DNA from: an uncultured Candidatus Saccharibacteria bacterium
Lineage (GTDB): Bacteria > Patescibacteriota > WWE3 > UBA101185 > UBA10185
DNA: 60,307 bases
NCBI GenBank assembly: GCA_964612565.1
Contig: CAZTDP010000006.1
Span: forward strand, 1 to 60,307
Reading direction: 5' to 3'
Below the pieces are notes generated by a model. It ran no database searches. It was not told the DNA's origin and saw nothing but the letters and a program-made list of their open reading frames with translations. Positions 51,660 to 59,949 of the stretch are shown here, piece after piece (the first letter of the stretch is position 1; every line of letters starts with the position of its first letter). The position numbers and the translations under genes were made by a program.

Positions 51660-53363
51660 CTACGCCGCCGCCTTTCCCGCCAAGTACATCTGCGCCAGCG
51701 CCTTGATGTTCGCTCCGCTTGAATCGAGTACGTCGCTGCGCTCGCCCATGACTCCGTCGGACTGCGCCTTCTTGAGCCCGAGCACGTCGGAAACGATGGG
51801 GTCGCTGCCCTCTTCAGCGATTAGGAAGTACAGGAACGTCGGGTTTTGCTGCCCGTCGCGGTGGATGCGTCCGCCGCACTGATCGTGAACCCCTGGGCTC
51901 CAGTCGAGCTCGCCGAATACACCGGTGTCGCACACGCCCTGCAACCCATCGAGACCAGCACCGGAGCGCAGGGACATCACGAGTACCTTCGCGTCACCGT
52001 CGATAAATGCCGAGCGCGCTGCTTCCTTCTGTGCCGAACTCTCGCTTCCCGTGTAGAGGACCGGCTTCAGGTCCTTGAGCGCGTCCATCCACAGGTCATA
52101 GACGGCTCGGTGCCATCCCCACAGGACAACCTTCTTTCCGCTCTCGACGAGCATCCGGACGAAGGCCGCTACGTAGGGCGCCTTGGCGATCCCGGTGGCC
52201 TGCCGTACGAGACCGGAGAGCTCCTCGGACGCTTGCATCTTCTGTCCGCGCTTCTCCTCGCTGTCACCCATGATGATTCGCGCGAGTTCGCCAGCGGCGC
52301 CCTCGATTGCCTCGAGCGCCTTCGTGTTGCACTCGATTGGCATCGGGATCTTGGTCAGGGACGGGAGTTCGCGGCCTACGTCCGCGCGCGTGCGCTGCAG
52401 CATGATCCCCGTGTCACGGGCGTAGCAGCCAAACGCCTTAGGATCGGCGATCGAGTACGAGCGCGCGTTCGCCTCCTTGCACCACTCCTCGAGAAACTCC
52501 TCTTTCGTCCCGAGTCGCCCCGGCATGAGGCAGTTCGTGATGTGAAATAGCTCGTCGCCGTAGTTGTAAATCGGCGTAGCGGTGAGCCCCATTCGCCAGC
52601 GTGTGTGGCCGCTAATGTGGTCGGCGGCCTTGTATTTCGCGCTATCGGAATGACGTAGCTCCTGCGCCTCGTCGTAGATGACGGTCTTGACCATTGGCGC
52701 CAAAACGTCAGCCCATCCCGAGAGCTTGTGGTAGTTCGTGATGATGACGTCCGGGGTGTCAGGACACAGCAGCAGCTGCCCGGGCTTCGTGCGCTTCGTC
52801 ACTCGCAAGTCGTATGGGGTGCCCTTCTTGAGTACGTGGGTGCGCATCCCAGGGCAGAACCTCTGGATCTCGCGCTCCCACTGGTGGGTGAGGTGAGTCA
52901 TGGTCACCACGAGGGCGGGGCGGCATTCGGCGCGCGACAGGAGGCAGATCCCCGAGCACGTCTTGCCGAGCCCGAGGTCATCCGCGAGCAGCAGTCCGCC
53001 TTGCGCAAAGGCCATGTCCGCAGCGATCCGCTGGTAGGAGCGAGGCTGAAGGGCTAGTTTGTACTCTGACGGCGGGCGAATGCCTGACAGTAATTCGTGG
53101 ACGATGCTCTCTTGCTCTTTATGCTTCGCAGACTGCCCGGCAAGCGCTCCGCGGTCGGAATCGGTTATATCGAGCGGGTAGCGTTCCGTGAACCAGTCGA
53201 GATCCCGACACGTGTCAATCGTGTTCGTTAGCCGGATTGCCCCATGCTGCCGTCGCGAGATCTTGGGGAAGAACCGCTTCAGCCGCATCACAATATGGGG
53301 TTCGCACTCGACGACCCACGACTTGCGATCTTTTGAAAGCTTGAGAGAACCGAACGTTTTCAT
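51660..53363 (-). CDS. SNF2-family helicase
   Basis: ATG 53363. Motif I LLADDLGLGKT, motif II VIYDEAQELRH, then LTATPIYN. The C-terminal helicase lobe has ELDWSPGVHDQCGGRIHRDGQ. Confidence 0.8.
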   Translation of the reverse strand: MKTFGSLKLSKDRKSWVVECEPHIVMRLKRFFPKISRRQHGAIRLTNTIDTCRDLDWFTERYPLDITDSDRGALAGQSAKHKEQESIVHELLSGIRPPSEYKLALQPRSYQRIAADMAFAQGGLLLADDLGLGKTCSGICLLSRAECRPALVVTMTHLTHQWEREIQRFCPGMRTHVLKKGTPYDLRVTKRTKPGQLLLCPDTPDVIITNYHKLSGWADVLAPMVKTVIYDEAQELRHSDSAKYKAADHISGHTRWRMGLTATPIYNYGDELFHITNCLMPGRLGTKEEFLEEWCKEANARSYSIADPKAFGCYARDTGIMLQRTRADVGRELPSLTKIPMPIECNTKALEAIEGAAGELARIIMGDSEEKRGQKMQASEELSGLVRQATGIAKAPYVAAFVRMLVESGKKVVLWGWHRAVYDLWMDALKDLKPVLYTGSESSAQKEAARSAFIDGDAKVLVMSLRSGAGLDGLQGVCDTGVFGELDWSPGVHDQCGGRIHRDGQQNPTFLYFLIAEEGSDPIVSDVLGLKKAQSDGVMGERSDVLDSSGANIKALAQMYLAGKAAA

Positions 53364-53364
53364 G

Positions 53365-54078
53365 TCAAAACGCACTCCCGATATGTAGACCACGAACCGG
53401 CTTACCGTTGAGCGTTGGCGGTAAGTTTTGCAGAGCTGCGCGCGTGACCGAGATCAGTAGAATCTCCCTCACCTCGTCATGTTGCGCGTAGCGCGCGAGC
53501 TGACGCAGGATCTCGTTTGCTGGACACTTGACCTTCAGCTCGACGGCGATTCCATCGACGAGGAAGTCCACGCGGTCGGTTTTGGACAGTACCACCTCTC
53601 GAAGGAAGAACTCGCGCGTCGTCTTCAGCCACGATTCAAGCTGGTCCTGATACCCGTACTCATCCGAGCATGGAGAAAAGCGCAACTCTTCGCTGATGCG
53701 CTGACGGAGCATGTCGGCCGTCAGAACCTCAAACGCGCCATGTTCCTTCATCTGTCGCCGCACCGTAGGCACCAGATCGTCCGGTGAGTCACAGACGATG
53801 TGCGGGACACCGTGCTCTTTCGCCCACGACTGCCACTCGAGTTGTGCCGGAGAGAGCTCCTCTCCCGGCTTCTTCATCTCGACCCACAGATTCAGCGAGG
53901 GGACCACGAGATCGGGGGTCCCCTCGGGTGCGAGATGGATCGTGTACCCGCCGTGGAGCGCTTTGGCCAAGCCGGAGTTGAGGCGGATGATCTTCAGTTC
54001 AGGAAACGCCTTCTCGAAAAGCTCCTTCGCGCGCGACTGCAGGTCGGACTCGCGAACGCTACGGCGGGTGGGTGGCAT
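53365..54078 (-). CDS. VRR-NUC nuclease fused to a second PD-(D/E)XK-like domain
   Basis: ATG 54078 forms an ATGA overlap. The N-terminal half has ESDLQ......EGTPDLVV....LWVEMKKPGEELSPAQ..W (VRR-NUC pattern). The C-terminal half has DRVDFLVDGIAVELKVK, a D...ELK core. Confidence 0.55.
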   Translation of the reverse strand: MPPTRRSVRESDLQSRAKELFEKAFPELKIIRLNSGLAKALHGGYTIHLAPEGTPDLVVPSLNLWVEMKKPGEELSPAQLEWQSWAKEHGVPHIVCDSPDDLVPTVRRQMKEHGAFEVLTADMLRQRISEELRFSPCSDEYGYQDQLESWLKTTREFFLREVVLSKTDRVDFLVDGIAVELKVKCPANEILRQLARYAQHDEVREILLISVTRAALQNLPPTLNGKPVRGLHIGSAF

Positions 54079-54761
54079 CAGGCCGCGTCCTCCGCTGGCT
54101 CGTCCGCTTCCGCGGCAGCAGCCAACTTGAGCGGCATCAGGACGCATACCCAACGCGGCTGTTCCTCGTCATAGAGACGCGACGGTTTGTCCACCTCGAC
54201 GTAGATCGGTTGGTGCGGATCCGACGGGATGAAGAACCGTGACGACTCCGAGTCGGCCGCCTTGCACACCTTCGCAAGCAGCGAGATTACCGAGAACGAA
54301 AGCGCGATCTGGTCGGATGGAACCTCACCGGTTCTTCTGCCTGGGCGCGTCGGAAGTAGCGACGGCATATCGAACTCGAGCTGCTCGGAGACGAACCCGC
54401 TCAGGTCGATTGATGGCTTCTTGTTCCCCGTCTCGATGTCGCGGATGTCGGCGCTCAGGATGTCGAGCTTCTTGCCGACGGTGAAGATCACTTCGTCGCC
54501 CTTGGCCATGCCGCGACGGACCATCGCGAGGGCGTCGGATGAAATCTGCCAGTTGTGCTCTAGGCGCGACGCCTTTCCCTTGCCGTCCCACGCTTCGCCG
54601 TGGTTGTAGACAGCAGCGATCCCGCTGGTGGCGAAGGAAAGCAACTTACCACCACCAATCTTGACCGAGACCTTTGCCTCGTCGTCGTCCTTGCAGAACG
54701 ACAGGAGCGCCGCGATCTCGGTTGATGTTGCCTGAATTCCGATTCCGTCTGTGTATTGCAC
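54078..54761 (-). CDS. hypothetical protein (227 aa)
   Basis: GTG 54761 follows TGGAGGAAG. KLLSFATSGIAAV is faintly reminiscent of the clamp ATDG.R.A motif. No firm call. Confidence 0.5.
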   Translation of the reverse strand: MQYTDGIGIQATSTEIAALLSFCKDDDEAKVSVKIGGGKLLSFATSGIAAVYNHGEAWDGKGKASRLEHNWQISSDALAMVRRGMAKGDEVIFTVGKKLDILSADIRDIETGNKKPSIDLSGFVSEQLEFDMPSLLPTRPGRRTGEVPSDQIALSFSVISLLAKVCKAADSESSRFFIPSDPHQPIYVEVDKPSRLYDEEQPRWVCVLMPLKLAAAAEADEPAEDAA

Positions 54762-54784
54762 TATCTTCCTCCACTATTCCGCGG

Positions 54785-55333
54785 CTACGCCGCCAGTAAC
54801 TCACGCACCTTCTTTGCTCTCGGCTTGCGGTCGCAGGCCTTCTTTCGCGCTTTGTCCCAGTGCCACGGGGCGCGCCCAACGACGCCGAACCCGAAGCAGC
54901 ACAAGATCATGTCTTTGGGATACGGATCTTTCGATCCTACGAACTTGATGCGGTCCGTCAGCTCGAGCACGAACGCGTACGGCGCAACATGCTCATGGAA
55001 CCAATTCGCGCCAACGGACGCCGGCACAAGGAACAGGGTCCACCGGTTGTCGTTTCGTCGCTCCGCGCACTTGCGCGCCCACGGGGCGATGTTTGCAAAC
55101 GGCGGGTTCAGCCAGAGATTCCCCGCCAGTGCTGCCCAGTTCTGTTGTAGCGAGTTCTGACGCTCGTCGAAGAAACACCCAGTCACCCGCGTGTTTTTCG
55201 CGTCAGCGGCGAGGTCAAAGGCCAACTCGCCGAAGCGCGACTCAACGGCCTCAATGAAGTTTGCCGGCGTAGCAACGCTTTGGTTGCTCCTATGCCGGGC
55301 GAGCCCGGCGCCTGTCTTTTTTGTGTTCGTCAC
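54785..55333 (-). CDS. phage-type DNA N6-adenine methyltransferase (Dam-like)
   Basis: ATPANFIEAVESRFGELAFDLAAD...N......F.........W...GNLWLNPPFANIAPW matches the phage Dam family, including the NPPF motif. Confidence 0.7.
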   Translation of the reverse strand: MTNTKKTGAGLARHRSNQSVATPANFIEAVESRFGELAFDLAADAKNTRVTGCFFDERQNSLQQNWAALAGNLWLNPPFANIAPWARKCAERRNDNRWTLFLVPASVGANWFHEHVAPYAFVLELTDRIKFVGSKDPYPKDMILCCFGFGVVGRAPWHWDKARKKACDRKPRAKKVRELLAA

Positions 55334-55650
55334 AACTCACCATCCTTTTCGTCAATCTTCCCTGATGCTGCGTCGTTGATGCACTCCAGCGGACGAAGAA
55401 ACGGCTTCTTGATCTCGTCACCGAACCATCCGCACTTCGAAGGAACGCAACCGCGACCGATTTCTAGGTGACAGCACTGTTGCGCGAACCTGCGACGCTG
55501 GCACGTGTTCCCGAGCTGCCGCGGGTGAACTGGTGATAGCTTTTGCTCGGCGCTGCGCATTGCAGCAAGTCGCTTCAATTGCAACCTGTCGCGACCGGAA
55601 AGCTTGCCTCCGTCATCAGAATGCATGCCGAGCCTGTGGTATGTGCTCAT
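55330..55650 (-). CDS. hypothetical Cys-containing protein (106 aa)
   Basis: ORF track; ATGA overlap with the upstream gene. Confidence 0.45.
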   Translation of the reverse strand: MSTYHRLGMHSDDGGKLSGRDRLQLKRLAAMRSAEQKLSPVHPRQLGNTCQRRRFAQQCCHLEIGRGCVPSKCGWFGDEIKKPFLRPLECINDAASGKIDEKDGEL

Positions 55651-55838
55651 CGCGCCGCCCTCGCCAAATCGATAGCTGTCAGCGTCACGTATCCAAGCGG
55701 CTCGTGATCATCTTCGCTCGAGTGGCGGATACCTCGCCGGGCGCACTTCTCACGCGACAGAGGGGCCAGGTCGCGGTCGATGTCTGCTCGCGGTACCTCG
55801 AAATCGACGACGACGGGGTCGTGGGGTAGGGGTCTCAC
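55647..55838 (-). CDS. hypothetical protein (63 aa)
   Basis: GTG 55838 forms a GTGA overlap. Confidence 0.4.
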   Translation of the reverse strand: MRPLPHDPVVVDFEVPRADIDRDLAPLSREKCARRGIRHSSEDDHEPLGYVTLTAIDLARAAR

Positions 55839-56032
55839 TTCCCACCTCCCTTCGCCCTCGCGATCGCCTCATCGAGTTGCTGCGCGTAGGGCTTTCCTGA
55901 GTCGTGCTTACGCCTTGGCGTCGGCTTCGACGTACGCTTCGGTGTTGGTGCAGGGGCGCCTACTGGATGAATTCCGCCGAGCTTGCCGAAGCCATACTGG
56001 TCACGGCGGCGCAGACGTTCTGCAAGATCCAT
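55835..56032 (-). CDS. hypothetical basic protein (65 aa), start uncertain
   Basis: In-frame ATG 56032 of track ORF 55835..56233. The longer form would overlap the methyltransferase gene. Confidence 0.35.
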   Translation of the reverse strand: MDLAERLRRRDQYGFGKLGGIHPVGAPAPTPKRTSKPTPRRKHDSGKPYAQQLDEAIARAKGGGK

Positions 56033-56100
56033 GTCGGCGACTGACGATGAGCCAGCCGTGCGAGGTCCGCGACTGCGGAAGGCTTCGCTGCCGGTGCCGG

Positions 56101-56850
56101 TCACGATGCACCTCCCGTCATCGACGGCGCCGAGCGACGCAACTCGTCGAAGCACCGACCAAACACTCCAGAGCCCGGGAACAGGTCGTCGAGAGAGTCG
56201 ACGTGCGACGCGCCCAACAGCCCGAACGTCCACTGGACGACCTTCAGCGGCTTGCGCCCCATCAGGCTGCTGTCACCGCCGCGGGCGACCGCGGTCCTAA
56301 TCGCGTCGGGCACACCTGGGAACCGCTGTCGCGCCGGTACCACGATGACGCTTTCCGAGATGCAGACGATCCCGCGCCCCTTGGGCTGGCAATGCGTCTT
56401 GAGCCAGGTGCACACCCGTGGCTCGACTCCTCGAGGAACCAGCGACAGCACGTCGCGCAAGGCCTTCGGCGACGTGAAGAGGGCCCACCCGTCATACCCA
56501 CCCGTCGTCAGCTGCTCGAGCAGACGGGCGTGGTCGACCTCACCGGCGAAGGTCGGTTCGTCGCGGTAGTACTTCCGCGACATCCCTGGGAACGGTGGGT
56601 CAGCGACGCAGAGCCGCTTCGGTGTGTCGGCGAGGTCCTCCACGGCGGCGAGTCGGCGGAAGCGGTACGCGGTCTGCCGGCATCTCTTCGAGCACCACTT
56701 CTCTTGCGTCACCTCGAGGGGAGAGCGACACCATCGGCACCGTCGCTCGGCGCCGCACTCGACGACTAGAGCTGCTCCTGGCGACACCAGAGCGTCACCT
56801 CGATGGGAGAGCGACACGTCGCCGTCTACTCGAGCCGACAGCGACATCAC
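56101..56850 (-). CDS. DNA methyltransferase (N6/N4 type, DPPF motif) with N-terminal zinc ribbon
   Basis: CRWCRSPL......WCSKRCRQTAYRFRR is the zinc ribbon. Motif IV is CVADPPFPG. The C-terminus has GRKPLKVVQW...D.LDDLFPGSGV (motif I). This is the beta-class motif order. Confidence 0.65.
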   Translation of the reverse strand: MMSLSARVDGDVSLSHRGDALVSPGAALVVECGAERRCRWCRSPLEVTQEKWCSKRCRQTAYRFRRLAAVEDLADTPKRLCVADPPFPGMSRKYYRDEPTFAGEVDHARLLEQLTTGGYDGWALFTSPKALRDVLSLVPRGVEPRVCTWLKTHCQPKGRGIVCISESVIVVPARQRFPGVPDAIRTAVARGGDSSLMGRKPLKVVQWTFGLLGASHVDSLDDLFPGSGVFGRCFDELRRSAPSMTGGAS

Positions 56851-57545
56851 AGGGACACCTCCGCCCCGCAGTCGTCGCAGTTCCTTGCTAGCAAAATCAG
56901 CGCGTCGCGAAACTCAACAGGTGTCCTCGATGCTTCCTTCGCCCAAACCCGTTGTGATAGCGGCCTACCGCAGTTGTTTCGCATGCCGCTGACAACCCCT
57001 TCGCCGCGCGGTCTATCCCACCTCATTGGTGCCGGAGGATTGTTACCGACGTAGTAAAGCCACGTCGCTTTAGTTGCGCGGTGGCCGTAGGCGCTTTGTG
57101 CGACCTCGCACACCCAGCCGTTGCCACCTGGCCAGACATCGCAAGTAACCTTCGTCCAACCACAAAGGTCTGGAGCGATCAGATCGTGGGCGGCCCATGC
57201 CATTGACCAAGCTGGGTGCTCGAGCACTCCTCCGAATTCGCGAACAGCTGCGAGAGCAGACGAGAAGCAGCCACCGTCATCGCCGACGCGTAGATGCGGG
57301 TGCCTTGACGCGACCAACTTCGCGAGCCTGCACCAGCGCGCGCATGGTGGGTGCGCCACGACCGGATTGGGGCCGGAGTAGAGACGTGCGTCGCGCGCCT
57401 CATCCCATGTGTCAACGCCAGTGAGACCGAAATACGCGCCGTTGGTCTGGACGTAGAGAGCCGCGATTGGTCTGCGCGCGGCCGCCCTACAGTCGTCACA
57501 GAGCTCCGGGCGGTCGTCGGCCGCGCCTAGGACTACTTCGAGCAT
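56847..57545 (-). CDS. compact cytosine-C5-methyltransferase-like protein, paralogue B
   Basis: ATG 57545. Motifs VVAHPPCARW, GGVLEHPAWS, VAQSAYGHRATKATWLY and EASRTPVEFRDALI. Colinear with 9217..9864 on the other strand. Confidence 0.45.
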   Translation of the reverse strand: MLEVVLGAADDRPELCDDCRAAARRPIAALYVQTNGAYFGLTGVDTWDEARDARLYSGPNPVVAHPPCARWCRLAKLVASRHPHLRVGDDGGCFSSALAAVREFGGVLEHPAWSMAWAAHDLIAPDLCGWTKVTCDVWPGGNGWVCEVAQSAYGHRATKATWLYYVGNNPPAPMRWDRPRGEGVVSGMRNNCGRPLSQRVWAKEASRTPVEFRDALILLARNCDDCGAEVSL

Positions 57546-57814
57546 GGCTTCACCCCCATGTTTGCCCTGAAAACGCGGTAGAACTGGTCTCGGTGCTTCT
57601 TCGGGAGCGAGAAGCGGGCCTTCTTCAATGCCTCGCGCATCCGCTTGTTCTCGCGCAAGAGCTCTGTCGCCTCGCGGTTGAACTCTGCGAAGCGTTGCTC
57701 GTGCTCGCGGAAAAGCTTCATTTGCAATGCTTGCGTTCGCTCGCAGATGTTGATCAGGTTCTGCTGCCCTGCAATCACCTCGGCAAGTCTCGCGATTTGT
57801 TCGTCTTTGGTCAT
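57533..57814 (-). CDS. coiled-coil protein (93 aa)
   Basis: ORF track; heptad-like charged sequence. Confidence 0.55.
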   Translation of the reverse strand: MTKDEQIARLAEVIAGQQNLINICERTQALQMKLFREHEQRFAEFNREATELLRENKRMREALKKARFSLPKKHRDQFYRVFRANMGVKPCSK

Positions 57815-57817
57815 ACC

Positions 57818-58582
57818 TCACCACTCCACGTCAACCAATTCGCCGTAAGTGACCACGACGCGCTTCGGTTTCTCAAGCACGATCACGTGACCTGGTATCA
57901 CCCAGAGAGCGAATGCGGACTCAGCAAACGAGGCGAACGCCTCTAGTCGAGCGCGCTCGTCGTCGCCCACTGTCACGATCCCGGCTCGGATCGGGGCAAC
58001 GTAGAACGCGATCCACGTGGAGGCCCAGAGCGAGTCCCTGAGCGAGTCCCTGAGCGAGGCCCAGAGCGAGGCACAGAGCGAGTCACTGAGCGAGGCACAG
58101 AGCGAGTCACTGAGCGAGTCCCTGAGCGAGGCCCTGAGCGAGGCCCAGAGCGAGTCACTGAGCGAGGCCCTGAGCGAGGCCCAGAGCGAGGCCCAGAGCG
58201 AGTCCCTGAGCGAGGCCCTGAGCGAGTCACTGAGCGAGGCCCAGAGCGAGTCACTGAGCGAGTCACAGAGCGAGGCACAGAGCGAGTCCCTGAGCGAGTC
58301 CCTGAGCGAGGCCCAGAGCGAGTCACTGAGCGAGGCCCTGAGCGAGTCACTGAGCGAGTCACTGAGCGAGGCCCAGAGCGAGTCCCTGAGCGAGGTGGCC
58401 TCTTGCAACGTCGCCACAAAGTGCACCTCATACTGAACGAGAGCTGGGGCGACGATCACTGCTACGGCCTCCGCAGCCTTCTCTCGGTCTGTCTCGGTCG
58501 ATGTTGCAGCGCGGAACATTTGCTCCCGCGTCGCGGTCACAATTGCCTGCTGTTCTTCCGTTAGTGAATCAATCTTTGCCAT
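57818..58582 (-). CDS. tetrapeptide-repeat protein (about 31 x S-L-x-[DA])
   Basis: ATG 58582 ([12 protein letters not shown]...). The central 125 aa are [20 protein letters not shown] ... units, flanked by non-repeat N- and C-terminal domains. Confidence 0.65.
   Translation of the reverse strand: MAKIDSLTEEQQAIVTATREQMFRAATSTETDREKAAEAVAVIVAPALVQYEVHFVATLQEATSLRDSLWASLSDSLSDSLRASLSDSLWASLRDSLRDSLCASLCDSLSDSLWASLSDSLRASLRDSLWASLWASLRASLSDSLWASLRASLRDSLSDSLCASLSDSLCASLWASLRDSLRDSLWASTWIAFYVAPIRAGIVTVGDDERARLEAFASFAESAFALWVIPGHVIVLEKPKRVVVTYGELVDVEW
58031..58395. repeat. 12-nt tandem repeat array, about 31 units
   Basis: Unit GAGCGAG[GT]C[AC]C[TA]G on the + strand. All three reading frames on each strand stay open across it. 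Confidence 0.95.
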
Positions 58583-58598
58583 AATCACTCCACACTGT

Positions 58599-58640
58599 TC
58601 ACCCGCGCCAGGTGACCTTGATGTTGTTGTCTGCTGCCAT
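58599..58640 (-). CDS. possible 13-codon upstream ORF (MAADNNIKVTWRG)
   Basis: ATG 58640 lies 8 nt after GGTAGGAGGATAGG. The stop is 16 nt before the ATG of the repeat protein. Confidence 0.25.
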   Translation of the reverse strand: MAADNNIKVTWRG

Positions 58641-58660
58641 TGACCTATCCTCCTACCCGT

Positions 58661-58690
58661 GAGAAATCCCACACTGAACGTGTGTGGGGC
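58661..58690 (-). terminator. intrinsic terminator after the XRE / winged-helix gene pair
   Basis: The - strand reads CCCACAC-acgttca-GTGTGGG followed by ATTTCTC. Confidence 0.5.
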
Positions 58691-58765
58691 TTGCGCTTTC
58701 CGAAATCGTGTCGACGTTGCGACGCATGACGAGAGGACAGCGCCACTACCGGCACGCAAGAAGAG

Positions 58766-58999
58766 CTACTGCGTGCGCTTGTGCGCAGTCCAGATTTCGA
58801 CGCCTTGCGCGTTCTCGACACGAGACACGGCTCCGCGTTGTTCCATTGAGCCGAGCGCTCCGCCAACGTAGTCGAGCGTGAGAGCGCACTCGTGCACGAG
58901 TCCTGTCGCCGATGTTGGTCCGCTGCTGATTAGACGACGCCAGATGCGCTCGCACACGCGTCCGCGTTGCTCCTGGGTGAGTGAGGTCCAGGGCGTCAC
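58766..58999 (-). CDS. small winged-helix-like protein (77 aa)
   Basis: GTG 58999 forms a GTGA overlap with the XRE stop. ...ATGLVHECALTLDYVGGALGSMEQRGAVSRVEN..GVEIW. Confidence 0.45.
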   Translation of the reverse strand: MTPWTSLTQEQRGRVCERIWRRLISSGPTSATGLVHECALTLDYVGGALGSMEQRGAVSRVENAQGVEIWTAHKRTQ

Positions 59000-59337
59000 G
59001 CTGCGCCCTGCTCGCTGTCGGTAGATGGGACCGACGGGAGGACTGCGGCGACTACTCCGTGGGGGGTGGATTGTGCTGGATCTGCAGTATCTTGCGTGTC
59101 CGCAACGCACCCATCACCTTCCGATGCTTGTGCATTTTCGCCCTCTACCCAGTCACTCACAGACGGTGACCCACCGGTCACCTTTGCGAGCTTGGTTGCC
59201 GTACCAAGCTGAGGCTTCGACTTCCCTTGTTCGAGGCGATTGATCGTAGAAGGCTCTACGTCAACCATTCTAGCTAGTTCCGACTGCGTGATCCCCTCAC
59301 GCGCCCTGAACGCAACCAACATTTCGTTAGGTCCCAT
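58996..59337 (-). CDS. XRE-family HTH transcriptional regulator (Cro/CI-type)
   Basis: ATG 59337. MLVAFRAREGITQSELARMVDVEPSTINRLEQGKSKPQLGTATKLAKV is a classic HTH_3 pattern. No SD before the ATG. Confidence 0.7.
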   Translation of the reverse strand: MGPNEMLVAFRAREGITQSELARMVDVEPSTINRLEQGKSKPQLGTATKLAKVTGGSPSVSDWVEGENAQASEGDGCVADTQDTADPAQSTPHGVVAAVLPSVPSTDSEQGAA

Positions 59338-59347
59338 ACGAGAGGTG

Positions 59348-59376
59348 TTTATGCGCCGACGCAAAACAACGCGCAA
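59348..59376 (-). promoter_or_regulatory. candidate promoter of the XRE gene (near-leaderless)
   Basis: On the - strand: TTGCGC (59376-59371), a 17-nt spacer, then CATAAA (59353-59348). Only 10 nt separate the -10 element from the ATG. Confidence 0.35.
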
Positions 59377-59496
59377 GGAAAATCGTGCGTACGCGCAAAA
59401 CGAACTCTGGCAGGCGAACGGCAGGCATGTAAGGCGCTGTCGTTTTTTGTGCCACCTGTTTTGCGTGGGCGCACGAAAGACGTTGCGCGCGCGCAA
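59352..59496. promoter_or_regulatory. four TGCG-N4-CGCA operator-like sites
   Basis: Sites at 59352-59363, 59386-59397, 59462-59473 and 59484-59495. The last lies inside the perfect 14-bp palindrome TTGCGCGCGCGCAA (59483-59496). All sit in the divergent intergenic region. Confidence 0.45.
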
Positions 59497-59712
59497 AGGT
59501 CTGATAGCTTCGACGAGTCAGCACGGCACGCCGCGCGGACCTCGGACGGAGCAGCCGGAGGCAGGCAGCCTGGCTACTGGAAAGAACAGCGACGCGCAAC
59601 GGAAACCGCGGACAGGCACTCGCGGAACCCGAGCCTAGAGGCAGCAAGGCAACCCCCGCGGGAACACACGTAACGGTGTGGCCCGCTTTTGGGGTGTCAG
59701 CAGGAGGTCACC

Positions 59713-59949
59713 ATGCAAGGAAGACTGATCAGCTACGAGGGATTCAAGACGCTCAAAGCGGCGCGAGAGCTCGAGGGCGACGCAAGTGTCGCGAGGGCTC
59801 ACGCCGATGCGCTACGCCAGCTGAACCAGCGGCAGCGACTCGACAACTACACTCGGCGTCAGTTGCGCGAGGCAGAGCAGATCGCCGAGCGCACCTCCGA
59901 AACCTGCATCCGCGTCGCCCGCAGCTGTCGTGAGGTCGCCAATGGCTAA
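59713..59949 (+). CDS. hypothetical helical protein (78 aa), first rightward gene
   Basis: ATG 59713 follows CAGGAGG; in frame within track ORF 59689..59949. Confidence 0.55.
   Translation: MQGRLISYEGFKTLKAARELEGDASVARAHADALRQLNQRQRLDNYTRRQLREAEQIAERTSETCIRVARSCREVANG

Noticed and set aside
58031-58395. The 12-nt array (and the 15-nt array at 60050-60307) as a CRISPR or other non-coding repeat locus
   Set aside because: The units are contiguous with no spacers and far shorter than CRISPR repeats. They lie inside ORFs with proper starts and flanking non-repeat domains in operon context.
58017-58436. + strand ORF (ESLSEAQSE...) and alternative - frame 57973..58431 (RSVTRSGP...) across the 12-nt array
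   Set aside because: Any 12-nt repeat keeps all frames open. Only the S-L-x-D/A frame connects to an ATG with an RBS (58582) and to a non-repeat C-terminal domain ending at 57818, next to the following gene.
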